From sequence record DRR723986_8697: a stretch of 46,382 nt of DNA, one strand, 5' to 3'. The position numbers and the translations under genes were made by a program. The notes beneath the pieces were generated by a model. That model was given only the letters and a program-made list of their open reading frames with translations, searched no databases and was not told the DNA's origin. Shown here piece by piece: positions 8,459 through 18,961 of this stretch. The number at the start of each line of letters is the position of its first letter. Within the stretch, counting starts at the first letter, position 1.

Positions 8459-9622
8459 TCAAAAAAGAGGTGGCACTTTAAAGTCACCCTCATAATATTT
8501 TTCGAAGATGAAGGTATCATCAGACAACTTTTTATAAGCTGCAATCTTTCCTGAAGTATCATTGCTAATGAAGGCATTTATTAAGTCATTGAAGGCAGAA
8601 AGCCCTAGAGCTTGCTGAAATCCATGACCATCTCTGAGTAAGAGCAACGTGCAATTAGTATAATTCTCTGCGAGCACATCGTATGATTTGGAGTAAATCA
8701 AATGGTCAAAAGCTCCTCCAATCAGAATCATCTTCCCCTCAAATCCCAACAATCGATCGTAGTTGGTTCCATAGAAATCGAAGTTGTCATTTTGATAGGT
8801 GATCCAAAGTGGATTACTCAATTTTTTCAGTACTTCTAAGTTTGGATTGATCTTTTGAGAAGAATCTTGCATTCCCGAGACGGCTATAGCATGTTCAAAT
8901 GCCCGCACAAGTAATGGGATATTTGTTGCAGAATCTTGGGTAGAAGCCAACCCCTTCAGCACATCCTGAAAAATCATAAACTCAATTAGATTGTGCTTCG
9001 CAGCGGCCTTTCGCCCCAAATTTACATTGTAGAAATTTGCATAGTAACTGAAATCAAAGTTCTGCTCATCATTAAGTGTCAAACCTTGAAAGGTTAATCC
9101 AGAGGAAGAAAAACTCATGTTCTTTTGAACGTCAAAAACCAAGGGATTGACGCTGATCATTCTACTTACATGCTGAGGAAACAAGGAAAGGTAATGCTGC
9201 AACACCATGGCCGAAGAGGAATATCCAACCAAAATCACCTGCTCATCCCCAAGCAATTCCTGCCTAATTACCTCTATATCACGAGCTACTTGATCTTGAT
9301 TATAAAGGGTGTAAGCCAATTGATAATCTAGACTTCCAGAAAGCATCACGCCTCTTTTTAGCTCCTCATTATCCTTTCTCCCCTTGATCAAAACAAAATT
9401 GCTGGACTCAGAGAAATCCAGCAATTCATGAAAAGGCATATAAAGTTCATCGAAAGCATCCTCTAATAGAAATACCGTTTCCTTTTCTGCATCAAACTCA
9501 TTTAAGAACTCAACCTGAATTTCGATTTTTCTTGAATCGGGTAGCTGATGGTTGTATGGAACCAAAAAAGATTGTGCCTGAAGGGAAGCACTGACAAAAA
9601 CAAAAAATAAAACTAATCTCAC
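8459..9622 (-). CDS. Secreted alpha/beta-hydrolase-fold protein (atypical)
   Basis: GTG start, signal peptide (AQS), ARDIEVIRQEL...LVGYSSS...FPQHV elbow region, candidate Asp (GAFD) and His (DGHG). Confidence 0.7.
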   Translation of the reverse strand: MRLVLFFVFVSASLQAQSFLVPYNHQLPDSRKIEIQVEFLNEFDAEKETVFLLEDAFDELYMPFHELLDFSESSNFVLIKGRKDNEELKRGVMLSGSLDYQLAYTLYNQDQVARDIEVIRQELLGDEQVILVGYSSSAMVLQHYLSLFPQHVSRMISVNPLVFDVQKNMSFSSSGLTFQGLTLNDEQNFDFSYYANFYNVNLGRKAAAKHNLIEFMIFQDVLKGLASTQDSATNIPLLVRAFEHAIAVSGMQDSSQKINPNLEVLKKLSNPLWITYQNDNFDFYGTNYDRLLGFEGKMILIGGAFDHLIYSKSYDVLAENYTNCTLLLLRDGHGFQQALGLSAFNDLINAFISNDTSGKIAAYKKLSDDTFIFEKYYEGDFKVPPLF

Positions 9623-9704
9623 ATCTCAAATTTTATCATTACAAATAAAACTTCAAACAGATGGAGATTAGTTTTAGAGAAAATTAACCTTTCTTAGTTA
9701 TAGG

Positions 9705-11078
9705 CTATTTCCCCTTATTTTTCTGATGCTTGGTCTTCAGCTGATTTCTATTGGTCTTGGCTTTAGAATTTTTATTTCCACGCTTTTTCTCTTTTTCTTG
9801 AGCTTCTAGATGCGGGTTTGGCTTTTTATGTTCCTTTTTCTCATGAAAAGCTCCTTTGTAATCAGGATTATCGCGTTGGAGTAAACGATCCAATTCACGC
9901 GCATAGGCTTGTTTTTCTTCATAGGGAGTCGGCGTTATGTCCACTTCAGAAGGAATTTCAGCCTCTTCAACTTTCATTCTGATGATCTCCTCGATCTTGT
10001 CAAAGTGATATTCCTCGGCAGGATTCACGAAACTGATAGCCTTACCTTCATTCGTCGCTCTTCCTGTCCTCCCTATTCTATGCACATAATCCTCATAGAT
10101 CAACGGCACATCAAAATTCACCACGTGAGATACCATTGTTACATCCAATCCTCTGGAAGCAACGTCTGTCGCCACCAAAATCCGAACGTCCCCACCTTTA
10201 AAATCCTCAATGGAGTTGATTCTTGTATTCTGTCCTTTATTGGCATGGATCACCCGAACTTCGCCATAACTTCTATGACTCAAAAAGGCGAAAACCTCTT
10301 CTGCATTTCTTCTTGATCTGGTAAAAATGATGGCTCTATTGATCTCTTCATTTCTAAAGAGATGAGCAAGAAGACTAAGTTTGGTCTTAATATTTGGAAC
10401 CAAGTATTTCACCTGACCAATAGTCTCAGCCGTAGTAGCCTGAGGAGTAACTTCTACTCTTTCCGGAAATTCCAAAAACTCCGCTGCAAAGCGATCGATT
10501 CGTTCTCCAAAAGTCGCGGAGAAAAGTAGGTTCTGTCGCTTTCTAGGAATGATTTCCAAAATCGATCGGATCTGAGGCATAAAGCCCATGTCCATCATTT
10601 TGTCAGCCTCATCCAGCACCATGGTTTTTATTTCTTTGGTCAGGATTTTTCCTTTTCTATAAATATCCAGAAATCTCCCCGGGGTAGAAACGATGATATC
10701 CACGCCTTTTTCTAGGATTTCTATCTGAGTTTTTGGTCCCAAACCTCCATAAAGCGCAACCATTCTCAGGTCAGTATTCGCTGACATTTGAACCACCACT
10801 TCTTCGATCTGCATCACCAACTCACGCGTGGGAGCCAAAATAACTGCTCTGGCATGATCGCCTTGAGCGTATTTCACTTTCATGAGAACCGGCAACACAT
10901 AGGCAGCAGTCTTCCCTGTCCCTGTCTGAGCGATACCTAACACATCGTGACCAGCAAGAGCAAGCGGAATAGCTTTTTCCTGAATTGGGGTAGGATGAAC
11001 ATATCCGGCGTCCGCCACGGCATTCAATAGCTGTCTATTTAGCTTAAATGCTTCAAATGTTGAGGCCTCATTGCTCAT
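9705..11078 (-). CDS. DEAD-box RNA helicase (RhlE-like)
   Basis: Q motif PTPIQ, AQTGTGKT, PTREL, DEAD, SAT, HRIGRTGR, basic C-tail. Confidence 0.96.
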   Translation of the reverse strand: MSNEASTFEAFKLNRQLLNAVADAGYVHPTPIQEKAIPLALAGHDVLGIAQTGTGKTAAYVLPVLMKVKYAQGDHARAVILAPTRELVMQIEEVVVQMSANTDLRMVALYGGLGPKTQIEILEKGVDIIVSTPGRFLDIYRKGKILTKEIKTMVLDEADKMMDMGFMPQIRSILEIIPRKRQNLLFSATFGERIDRFAAEFLEFPERVEVTPQATTAETIGQVKYLVPNIKTKLSLLAHLFRNEEINRAIIFTRSRRNAEEVFAFLSHRSYGEVRVIHANKGQNTRINSIEDFKGGDVRILVATDVASRGLDVTMVSHVVNFDVPLIYEDYVHRIGRTGRATNEGKAISFVNPAEEYHFDKIEEIIRMKVEEAEIPSEVDITPTPYEEKQAYARELDRLLQRDNPDYKGAFHEKKEHKKPNPHLEAQEKEKKRGNKNSKAKTNRNQLKTKHQKNKGK

Positions 11079-11125
11079 GATTCGTTAATTTTGGTTGAAA
11101 TAGTAAAATCCAAAAAGGAATAAAG

Positions 11126-12469
11126 ATGAAAAGTATTCTGATCACCGGTGCAAATATAGTCAATGAAGGCCGGATAAGTCTTGGCGATGTATTAGTAGAA
11201 AATGGAAGAATTTCAAAACTGGGTGACAACCTCAGTGCTGAGCAGGCAGATATCCATATAGACGGAACTGGAAAACATCTTTTCCCAGGGCTAATTGATG
11301 ATCAGGTACACTTCAGAGAGCCGGGACTTACACACAAAGCAGAGATCTATACCGAAGCTAAGGCGGGAGTCGCTGGTGGTACCACTTCCTACATGGAAAT
11401 GCCGAATACCATTCCCCAAACCACGACGGTGGAATTGCTCGAACAGAAATACTCCAGAGCTGCAGAAGTTTCATTAGCGAACTATTCATTTTTCATGGGA
11501 GCTACTAACAGCAATTTGGATGAGATCATGAAAGTGGATTTTGAAAAAGTTTGCGGATTGAAGATTTTTCAGGGCTCGTCTACCGGAAATATGGTCGTGG
11601 ATAACATTGAGTCTCTGGAAGGAATATTTAAGGAGTGTAAAGCAATAATCGCTATCCACAGCGAAAACGATGACATCATCAAAGCAAATTTCGATAAATA
11701 CAAAGCTATCTACGGGGATGATATCCCTGTCAAATTTCACCCAAAGATCAGATCAGAGGAAGCTTGCTATGATGCATCTAGCCGTGCAGTAGCCATGGCA
11801 GAAAAGCACGGCACACGACTTCACATTTTACATATCAGCACAGCAAAGGAATTGGAATTGTTCACTAATACAATTCCTTTGGAACAGAAAAAAGTAACCG
11901 CGGAGGCTTGTATCCATCACATGTGGTTTGCTGAGGAAGATTATGATTCAAAAGGCACCTTGATCAAATGGAACCCAGCGGTAAAGACTGCAAAAGATAG
12001 AGATGCAATCTTCAATGCAATGCTTGACGGAACTATCGATGTGATCGCCACTGATCACGCTCCTCATACCTTAGAAGAAAAAGCACTGCTGTATACCAAA
12101 GCTCCTTCCGGAGGCCCATTGAATCAGCACAGTTTAGTCGCTATGCTTGACTTCTACCATCAGGGTAAAATCAGCTTAGAGAAAATTGCTCTTAAAATGT
12201 GTCACAACGTAGCCACACTATTTAATATTAAAGAAAGAGGATTCATCCGGGAAGGATATTATGCTGATTTGGTACTGGTAGACTTAAATAATCCATGGAA
12301 GGTATCCAAAGAAAACATTTTATCGAAGTGTGGCTGGTCGCCATTCGAAGGACACACATTTCAGTCAAAAGTCACACACACAGTCGTTTCTGGACATTTA
12401 GCGTACGAAAACGGTACATTTCATGAAGAGAAGAAAGGTGACAGACTTATTTTTTCTATAAATTTTTGA
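11126..12469 (+). CDS. pyrC: Dihydroorotase
   Basis: DDQVHFREPG, EMPNT, HILHIST, KWNP, IATDHAPH motifs. Confidence 0.92.
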   Translation: MKSILITGANIVNEGRISLGDVLVENGRISKLGDNLSAEQADIHIDGTGKHLFPGLIDDQVHFREPGLTHKAEIYTEAKAGVAGGTTSYMEMPNTIPQTTTVELLEQKYSRAAEVSLANYSFFMGATNSNLDEIMKVDFEKVCGLKIFQGSSTGNMVVDNIESLEGIFKECKAIIAIHSENDDIIKANFDKYKAIYGDDIPVKFHPKIRSEEACYDASSRAVAMAEKHGTRLHILHISTAKELELFTNTIPLEQKKVTAEACIHHMWFAEEDYDSKGTLIKWNPAVKTAKDRDAIFNAMLDGTIDVIATDHAPHTLEEKALLYTKAPSGGPLNQHSLVAMLDFYHQGKISLEKIALKMCHNVATLFNIKERGFIREGYYADLVLVDLNNPWKVSKENILSKCGWSPFEGHTFQSKVTHTVVSGHLAYENGTFHEEKKGDRLIFSINF

Positions 12470-12500
12470 TAATCCTATTGCGCTGATTCAGCTTAATCAT

Positions 12501-12508
12501 TACTTTTG
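12501..12508 (+). promoter_or_regulatory. -7 promoter element for tRNA-His
   Basis: TACTTTTG 37 nt upstream of the tRNA. Confidence 0.7.
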
Positions 12509-12545
12509 CAGACCGTTTGGAAGAAACCAGTTCAAACGTATACAT

Positions 12546-12620
12546 GGTGATTGTAGCTCAGCTGGTTAGAGCGCTGGTTTGTGGATCCAGAGGTCGCCGG
12601 TTCGAACCCGGTCTTTCACC
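12546..12620 (+). tRNA. tRNA-His (GUG)
   Basis: G-1/C73 identity pair, D-arm GCTC..GAGC, anticodon loop TTGTGGA, T-arm GCCGG-TTCGAAC-CCGGT; full CCA not encoded. Confidence 0.95.
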
Positions 12621-12621
12621 C

Positions 12622-12650
12622 AAAAGCCCCTCATTTTGAGGGGCTTTTCT
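12622..12650 (+). terminator. tRNA-His terminator
   Basis: AAAAGCCCCTCA-TTT-TGAGGGGCTTTT. Confidence 0.85.
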
Positions 12651-12963
12651 TATTAATAGAGCCTCTATTGGCACAGCATTTGATAAATCCTGCCAGAACT
12701 AAACCAACTTCAGATGTTCACTTTGTTCAAAACTTCGCCAAAATTCCCACAGGTAAAACCTATCAATATCAGAATGGCAAAAAGTTACCTGATGAAATTC
12801 GAAGAATCGCTAAAAAATTTCGAAGAAGTCCAAAAAGAGGCGATTCATTCTTAATTATTTCAACAAAGACAAAAGGTTATGGAAACATAACCTTTATTTT
12901 TTACCATTTCATTTTTCTTGTCGGTGCAAAACTCTATTTTTAACAACATAGAATTTTCCCCGC

Positions 12964-14880
12964 ATGAGTTATATCCATTTCGATAAAACACAACTAATCA
13001 ATCTGAATTATTCTCTTGAGAGAGAGATCATCAGATCCAATCGTTCCGGCGCCTATACCAGCACTTCAATAATTTGCTGCAACACCCGTAAATACCATGG
13101 GCTACTCGTAGTGCCTCAACCAAAAATCGACTCACAAAGCCACGTAATGTTATCTACCGTTCATGAAACGGTAATCCAACATGGAGCCAGTTTTAATTTA
13201 GGGATAAGCAAATTCCCGGGAAATTACTCCCCACGAGGCCATAAATACCTCGAGGATTTCGATTCTGAACCCATCCCTAAACTAACCTATCGTGTAGGTG
13301 GAGTTCTTTTGCAAAAGGAGTTGATACTGGATACCAACAGAGATCGCTTGATGATACGCTACACCTTGCTAGACGCACATTCGCCGACTAAAATACGTAT
13401 ACAACCCTTCTTGGCATTTAGAGGTTACCACGACCTCTGCAAGGCCAATACTTACATAAACAAGAAATATAAAAAAGCTCCAAATGGAGCAATTTTCCAC
13501 TTATATGACAAGTATGACCCACTTTATCTGCAGGTATCAAAGAAGGTAGAGTTTGTTCCTGCACCTGATTGGTATTACAATGTAGAGTATATTTTAGAAC
13601 GCGAGCGAGGGTATGACTATCAGGAAGACTTATACGTCCCCGGGTATTTTGAATTTGAAATAGAAAAAGGTGAGTCTGTCATATTTTCAGCAGGACTGAC
13701 AGAAGCAGATCCAAAAACACGTCAAAATGCCTTCGAGAAAGAAATCGCGAGGCGAATACCTAGAAGTAATTTTGTAAACTGCCTGAAGAATTCAGCAGGC
13801 CAATTTTTACGTCAGCGAGACGGAGACACCAGGGTAATTGCTGGGTATCCATGGTTTGGCTGGTGGGGTAGAGATACTTTTGTAGCCGCTCCAGGACTTA
13901 CACTCACCACAGGAGATAATAAGACTTTTCTTGATATCATGGACACCATGTCCCGCGATTTGAAAGGCCCACTTTTTCCTAATGTCGGAAGCGGAGTCAC
14001 AACTAATATGAATTCCATTGACGCACCATTATGGTACTTCTGGGCACTACAACAATACATCAAGTATACAGGCGATAGCAAAACAGTTAAAGAACGCTAT
14101 TTGGGTAAAATGAAAGGTATTATTGATGGGTACCTCAATGGTACTGATTTCAATATTCACGTTTTAGAGAATGGCCTAGTGTATGGTGGAGAGGAGGGTA
14201 AAGCACTTACCTGGATGGACGCCGTAACCCCAGATGGTCCTGTTACTCCACGGATGGGGTGCCCAGTTGAAATCCAAGCCTTATGGTATAACGCTTTGTG
14301 TTTCTATCATGAATTAACTGGAGATGAAGAAATAGCAGATCATGCAACAAAAATCGGCCATACCTTTGAAAAAGAGTTTTGGTCTGATGAGCATGGTTAT
14401 CTGGCAGATTACATTGACGGGGAAGAAAAAGACTGGGCAATTCGTCCAAATATGATTTTTGCTACCTCTCTCCCTTATGTCATGCTGAGTGATGAAAAAT
14501 GTGATCAAGTGTTGGAAACTGCCAAATCAAAACTTCTCACAACCAGAGGCATGAGATCTCTTTCTCCTGACGACCCAGCTTACAAAGGCTACTATTTCGG
14601 TGATCAAATTAGTAGAGATGAAGCTTATCACAATGGAACAGTTTGGGTTTGGCCCCTAGGTCACTTTGTAGAAGCATACATTAGGCTACATGGTAAGTCT
14701 GGTGCGAATTTTATTCAAAAAATTGTAAAGGGTTTTGATGGCGTAATGACTCAATATGGAGTGGGAGCTGTGGCAGAAATTTATGATGGTGATCCACCGC
14801 ATCGCCCTAAAGGCGCAATATCACAAGCGTGGAGCGTATCAGAATTGCTTAGAATGATGGATTTGGTCAAAAAGATATAA
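12964..14880 (+). CDS. Glycogen debranching enzyme, amylo-alpha-1,6-glucosidase (GH133-like)
   Basis: NTRKYHGLL, IAGYPWFGWWGRDT, LTWMDA, YHNGTVWVW, QAWSVSE motifs. Confidence 0.92.
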   Translation: MSYIHFDKTQLINLNYSLEREIIRSNRSGAYTSTSIICCNTRKYHGLLVVPQPKIDSQSHVMLSTVHETVIQHGASFNLGISKFPGNYSPRGHKYLEDFDSEPIPKLTYRVGGVLLQKELILDTNRDRLMIRYTLLDAHSPTKIRIQPFLAFRGYHDLCKANTYINKKYKKAPNGAIFHLYDKYDPLYLQVSKKVEFVPAPDWYYNVEYILERERGYDYQEDLYVPGYFEFEIEKGESVIFSAGLTEADPKTRQNAFEKEIARRIPRSNFVNCLKNSAGQFLRQRDGDTRVIAGYPWFGWWGRDTFVAAPGLTLTTGDNKTFLDIMDTMSRDLKGPLFPNVGSGVTTNMNSIDAPLWYFWALQQYIKYTGDSKTVKERYLGKMKGIIDGYLNGTDFNIHVLENGLVYGGEEGKALTWMDAVTPDGPVTPRMGCPVEIQALWYNALCFYHELTGDEEIADHATKIGHTFEKEFWSDEHGYLADYIDGEEKDWAIRPNMIFATSLPYVMLSDEKCDQVLETAKSKLLTTRGMRSLSPDDPAYKGYYFGDQISRDEAYHNGTVWVWPLGHFVEAYIRLHGKSGANFIQKIVKGFDGVMTQYGVGAVAEIYDGDPPHRPKGAISQAWSVSELLRMMDLVKKI

Positions 14881-14890
14881 TAGACTTTTT

Positions 14891-16177
14891 ATGAAGGTGC
14901 TAATGTTTGGGTGGGAATTTCCACCACATATTTCTGGAGGTCTTGGGACGGCGTGTTATGGCTTGGTGAAAGGGATGGCTCACCATAACCAAGACATCAT
15001 ATTTGTAGTACCTAAACTTTGGGGAGACGAGGAACCATTGGCAGATTTTGTCAATGCAAGTGATGTTACGATAGACTACCGTGAAAAACGATTCAAAAAA
15101 TTCTGGAAAAACCTCACTTATTTAGAAGTAAGTAGCTTTTTGGTCCCCTACTTAGGACCTGATGAATTTAAGAAATATACTGATTATGCCATCCATGGCA
15201 GGACTGATGTTGATGAAAGTGTATTCTCAAACAAATTTGAATTCAGCGGAAAGTATGGGAAGGACTTAATGATGGAGGTTTCCCGCTATGCTTTAGTAGC
15301 AGCTCATATTTCCAAAAATAAGGAGCACGATATCATTCATGCCCATGACTGGCTTTCTTTTCCTGCCGGGATCGCTGCTAAAGAAATCAGTGGAAAGCCT
15401 ATGGTAGCCCATGTGCATGCGACTGAATTTGACCGATCAGGCGAATCTGTAAACCAGGTGGTTTATGATATAGAGCGCGCAGGCATGGAAGCTGCGGACC
15501 ATGTGGTTGCAGTAAGTCAGCTAACCAAAAACATTATCATAAAAAAATATGGCATCCCTGCTGAAAAAGTAACGGTCCTTCATAATGCTGTCCTTGACGC
15601 CAGTATTATCAAGTCTAGTTATCAAAAAAAGGTACCAGAAAAGATTGTTACTTTCCTTGGAAGAATCACCTTCCAAAAAGGCCCTGAATACTTCGTAGAA
15701 GCAGCAAAAAAGGTCATTGAGCGAGATCCTAACGTACGTTTTGTAATGGCGGGTAATGGGGATTTGCTCAATCGAATGATTGATCGAGTGGCAGAACTTC
15801 GAATGGGGACAAAGTTTCATTTTACAGGATTTCTCAAAGGTGACGATGTGGACCACATGTATGCCATTTCAGACGTATATGTAATGCCATCAGTATCTGA
15901 GCCCTTTGGCATCTCTCCTTTAGAAGCTGTTAGACATAATACTCCTGTAATTATCTCCAAACAATCTGGTGTGGCCGAGGTCCTAAATAATGCCATCAAA
16001 ATCGACTTTTGGGACATTGACTCCATGGCAGATGCCATTTTTGCTTTGCTACATTATGATGGTATATCTAAAATGTTCAAAGAGCTTGGAACAGAAGAAT
16101 TGAAAAAATTAAAATGGGAGCATGTGGCTGAAAAATTGATCACAGTGTACCGAAAAACATTATCGAAGAAATCATGA
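14891..16177 (+). CDS. GT4-family glycosyltransferase (putative alpha-glucan synthesis)
   Basis: GWEFPPHISGGLG, IHAHDW, HVHATE, SEPFGISPLEA (Ex7E). Confidence 0.9.
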   Translation: MKVLMFGWEFPPHISGGLGTACYGLVKGMAHHNQDIIFVVPKLWGDEEPLADFVNASDVTIDYREKRFKKFWKNLTYLEVSSFLVPYLGPDEFKKYTDYAIHGRTDVDESVFSNKFEFSGKYGKDLMMEVSRYALVAAHISKNKEHDIIHAHDWLSFPAGIAAKEISGKPMVAHVHATEFDRSGESVNQVVYDIERAGMEAADHVVAVSQLTKNIIIKKYGIPAEKVTVLHNAVLDASIIKSSYQKKVPEKIVTFLGRITFQKGPEYFVEAAKKVIERDPNVRFVMAGNGDLLNRMIDRVAELRMGTKFHFTGFLKGDDVDHMYAISDVYVMPSVSEPFGISPLEAVRHNTPVIISKQSGVAEVLNNAIKIDFWDIDSMADAIFALLHYDGISKMFKELGTEELKKLKWEHVAEKLITVYRKTLSKKS

Positions 16178-17394
16178 GAACCATCTGCTTTTACTTCCAG
16201 GTTCATCAGCCATACCGTCTGAAGCCTTATCGTTTTTTTGACATCGGAGACGATCATCATTACTGGGACGATTTCCTGAATCGTAGTGTCATGCGAAAGG
16301 TAGCTCAGAAATGCTATTTACCTATGAATGCTTTATTGTTGGAAATGATCAACAAGTATAATGGCGCATTCAAAGTGAGTTTCTCTATGTCGGGCGTATT
16401 TTTAGATCAGTTAGAGACTTACGCCCCTGATGTTTTGGAAAGTTTTCAAAAACTAGTGGCAACTGGTCATTGTGAATTGCTCAATGAAACTTATGCCCAC
16501 ACATTAGCAGCTTTGAAAAGCAAGGATGAGTTTCAAAGTATGGTGAAAAAGCATCAGGATAAAATCAAGAAACTTTTCAATGGGTACAAGCCAAAAGTAT
16601 TTAGAAATACGGAGCTTATTTACTCAGATCAAATCGGCGCTATGGTCGCAGAAATGGGTTTTGATGCCATTTTAACGGAAGGAGCAAAGCACGTGCTTGG
16701 ATGGAAAAGCCCAAATTATGTTTACGTAAACAGCATTGATCCTAAGCTGAAAGTATTGCTGAAAAACTTTCAGCTTTCGGATGATATCGCATTTAGATTT
16801 GGAAACAAAGGCTGGGATGACTATCCGCTAACTACGGACAAGTTCGTAAAATGGATAAACAACGTTCCTCAAGAAGAAGAGACAATTAATCTATTCATGG
16901 ATTATGAGACTTTCGGGGAACATCAATGGGCTGAAACGGGAATTTTCGAATTCATGAGGGCTCTTCCAGACGCAGTTTTCAGTAAGACTAACTTTACATT
17001 TTCTACCCCATCAGAAGTTGCCGATAAGATTTCTCCAGTTGGGAAAATCCATGTTCCAATTCCTATTTCTTGGGCAGATGAGGAGCGTGATTTGACAGCA
17101 TGGTTAGGTAATGACCTACAAGACGAGGCATTTGATCGACTTTTTGAAATGGAGAAGTTGGTAAAAGGAATTGATGACGATGATATTCAGCGCGACTGGG
17201 CATATCTACAAACCAGTGATCACTTCTATTACATGTGTACTAAGTTCTTTTCAGACGGAGATATTCATGCATATTTCAGCCCATATGATTCGCCATATGA
17301 AGCATTTATTAATTACATGAATGTCCTCAGTGACTTTATGATAAGGGTGAAAGAAAAACTCAGTGAAAAGGAAGCCAAGGTTTCAGATGTATAG
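16174..17394 (+). CDS. GH57-family alpha-amylase-like glycoside hydrolase
   Basis: HQP, FRNTELIY, DYETFGEH, SWAD motifs; 4-nt overlap with GT4 gene. Confidence 0.92.
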   Translation: MRTICFYFQVHQPYRLKPYRFFDIGDDHHYWDDFLNRSVMRKVAQKCYLPMNALLLEMINKYNGAFKVSFSMSGVFLDQLETYAPDVLESFQKLVATGHCELLNETYAHTLAALKSKDEFQSMVKKHQDKIKKLFNGYKPKVFRNTELIYSDQIGAMVAEMGFDAILTEGAKHVLGWKSPNYVYVNSIDPKLKVLLKNFQLSDDIAFRFGNKGWDDYPLTTDKFVKWINNVPQEEETINLFMDYETFGEHQWAETGIFEFMRALPDAVFSKTNFTFSTPSEVADKISPVGKIHVPIPISWADEERDLTAWLGNDLQDEAFDRLFEMEKLVKGIDDDDIQRDWAYLQTSDHFYYMCTKFFSDGDIHAYFSPYDSPYEAFINYMNVLSDFMIRVKEKLSEKEAKVSDV

Positions 17395-17406
17395 ATAAAA
17401 ACAATT

Positions 17407-17432
17407 AGACCGATTAGCTTCGGTCTTTTTTT
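17407..17432 (+). terminator. Terminator of alpha-glucan operon
   Basis: AGACCGA/TCGGTCT stem followed by T-tract. Confidence 0.75.
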
Positions 17433-17817
17433 ATGGCAAAATTTGCATCAAACCTAGGCAAATTTTTAAGGCACTTTCTAAGTTTTGAATAAAATAGCTT
17501 ACTAATCTTCTGGTTGATTAATCCTGAAATTTTCAATTCCAGAGGTAAGAGTATCTAACGATTCTGATAGATTTTGATGAGCAAAAGGGTTTGTGACGCA
17601 TACTTTTTCATACGACAAATGCCCTATTTAATAGATCAACTAATTGTTAGTATATGGAGAGCCCCCCTTTCACCAACCTGATTTACAGACGTTTAACAAA
17701 ATTTTAAGCAAATAACAAGTAAACTAACAAGCCGCTTCGCATTTAAAAATCCCACGTCTATCATCTAATTTAGAGCTATCAGAATCACAAAAACGTCTCG
17801 CATTAATAACTCTAATT

Positions 17818-18903
17818 ATGAAAATTACACTACTTACAATTCTTCTGTTTCTGACAGGAATTCTACAGTCAGCTGATCCTTATATTTCATCAAAGGATTA
17901 TGATGTCAGTACTTTTCACCGTGGCAAGCAATCATCAAAATCTCCAAAGCGGGTTTATATCCAAAAATTCAGAGCCCTATTTGAAGTGTATGAGGAAGCT
18001 TCTGCAAGTACAGCAGCATCTAAAAATGACCGTGCGAATCGTACTACCACTGTATCAGGCACTAAAACCAGAATGGGAGTACAATTGAGCGGTGTGGATA
18101 TCCCTGATTTCCAGAAAATAGTTGATGAGGCATATGCCGATTTTGTAGCACAGCTGGAAGCTGAAGGGTATGAAATCATTTCTGCTGATGAGGCTGGAAA
18201 AACTGATTACTATTCAGGTTATACAAAAATGAAAGGTGGTGCCTCCTCTACTGATCAAGCTACAGGATACGTCATGGTGACTCCTACAGGATATGACTAC
18301 TGGGTAAAAGACGTCTCTAGCAGCGGCCGTGAGAAAGGAACATTCACAGATACTAGTTCCAAATTATCTAAAGATCTGGGTGACGCCTATGTTGCGGAAG
18401 CCACTTTCATATTCCCATTTGTGAATTTGGATGCAAGCTCAACCAGCTTTGCAAACTATGCTTCTTCTAAAGTAAAGGCTGACATTAATTTGAGAATGGC
18501 CGCAAGTGTAGGATCTATGGACAATGAACAAATGAGTTTAGGTAAGTTTGCAAAAGGGTTTACTACCTCGCCTACTCAGTCTCTATTAGCATCCAAAGTA
18601 CGATTTGTAGCAGGCCATATGGCGAGCTCACCACTTTTTGACTCTTCCACTGCCCTGAAAAGAGACGTATACTTTGGAGAAATCTTTGCCGAAGACAAAT
18701 TGGTAGAAGTTACTTCTGCTGAAGTAGCTACCTTTTCTAAAACAGCTTATCCACAATTGGTCATGGTATCTGGAGGGGAAATGACTCTTGCTTCGCATTA
18801 TGTAGCATGTGATCATGAAAAGTACATCGCCTCTGCAAAAGGTTCCATTATGGAAATGATAGGAAGCGGAATTAGCAATTTCAAGGAGCTTGTAAAAGAT
18901 TAA
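17818..18903 (+). CDS. Hypothetical secreted protein
   Basis: 361-aa ORF with N-terminal hydrophobic signal, AT-rich translation initiation region, own terminator; no family recognised. Confidence 0.8.
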   Translation: MKITLLTILLFLTGILQSADPYISSKDYDVSTFHRGKQSSKSPKRVYIQKFRALFEVYEEASASTAASKNDRANRTTTVSGTKTRMGVQLSGVDIPDFQKIVDEAYADFVAQLEAEGYEIISADEAGKTDYYSGYTKMKGGASSTDQATGYVMVTPTGYDYWVKDVSSSGREKGTFTDTSSKLSKDLGDAYVAEATFIFPFVNLDASSTSFANYASSKVKADINLRMAASVGSMDNEQMSLGKFAKGFTTSPTQSLLASKVRFVAGHMASSPLFDSSTALKRDVYFGEIFAEDKLVEVTSAEVATFSKTAYPQLVMVSGGEMTLASHYVACDHEKYIASAKGSIMEMIGSGISNFKELVKD

Positions 18904-18919
18904 ATAAACCACTACACAT

Positions 18920-18961
18920 AAAAAAAGGGCGTATCATTTAAAGATGATATGCCCTTTTTTT
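18920..18961. terminator. Bidirectional terminator
   Basis: A7-GGGCGTATCAT/ATGATATGCCC-T7 between convergent genes. Confidence 0.85.

Noticed and set aside
12795-12827. Short direct repeat ATTCGAAGAA/TTTCGAAGAA upstream of the glucan operon
   Set aside because: Only two 9-10 nt copies in AT-rich DNA; cannot be distinguished from chance.
12581-12943. 120-aa ORF
   Set aside because: Starts inside tRNA-His and crosses its terminator.
17693-17731. TAACAA repeats upstream of the hypothetical secreted protein
   Set aside because: Too short and irregularly spaced to call a regulator site.
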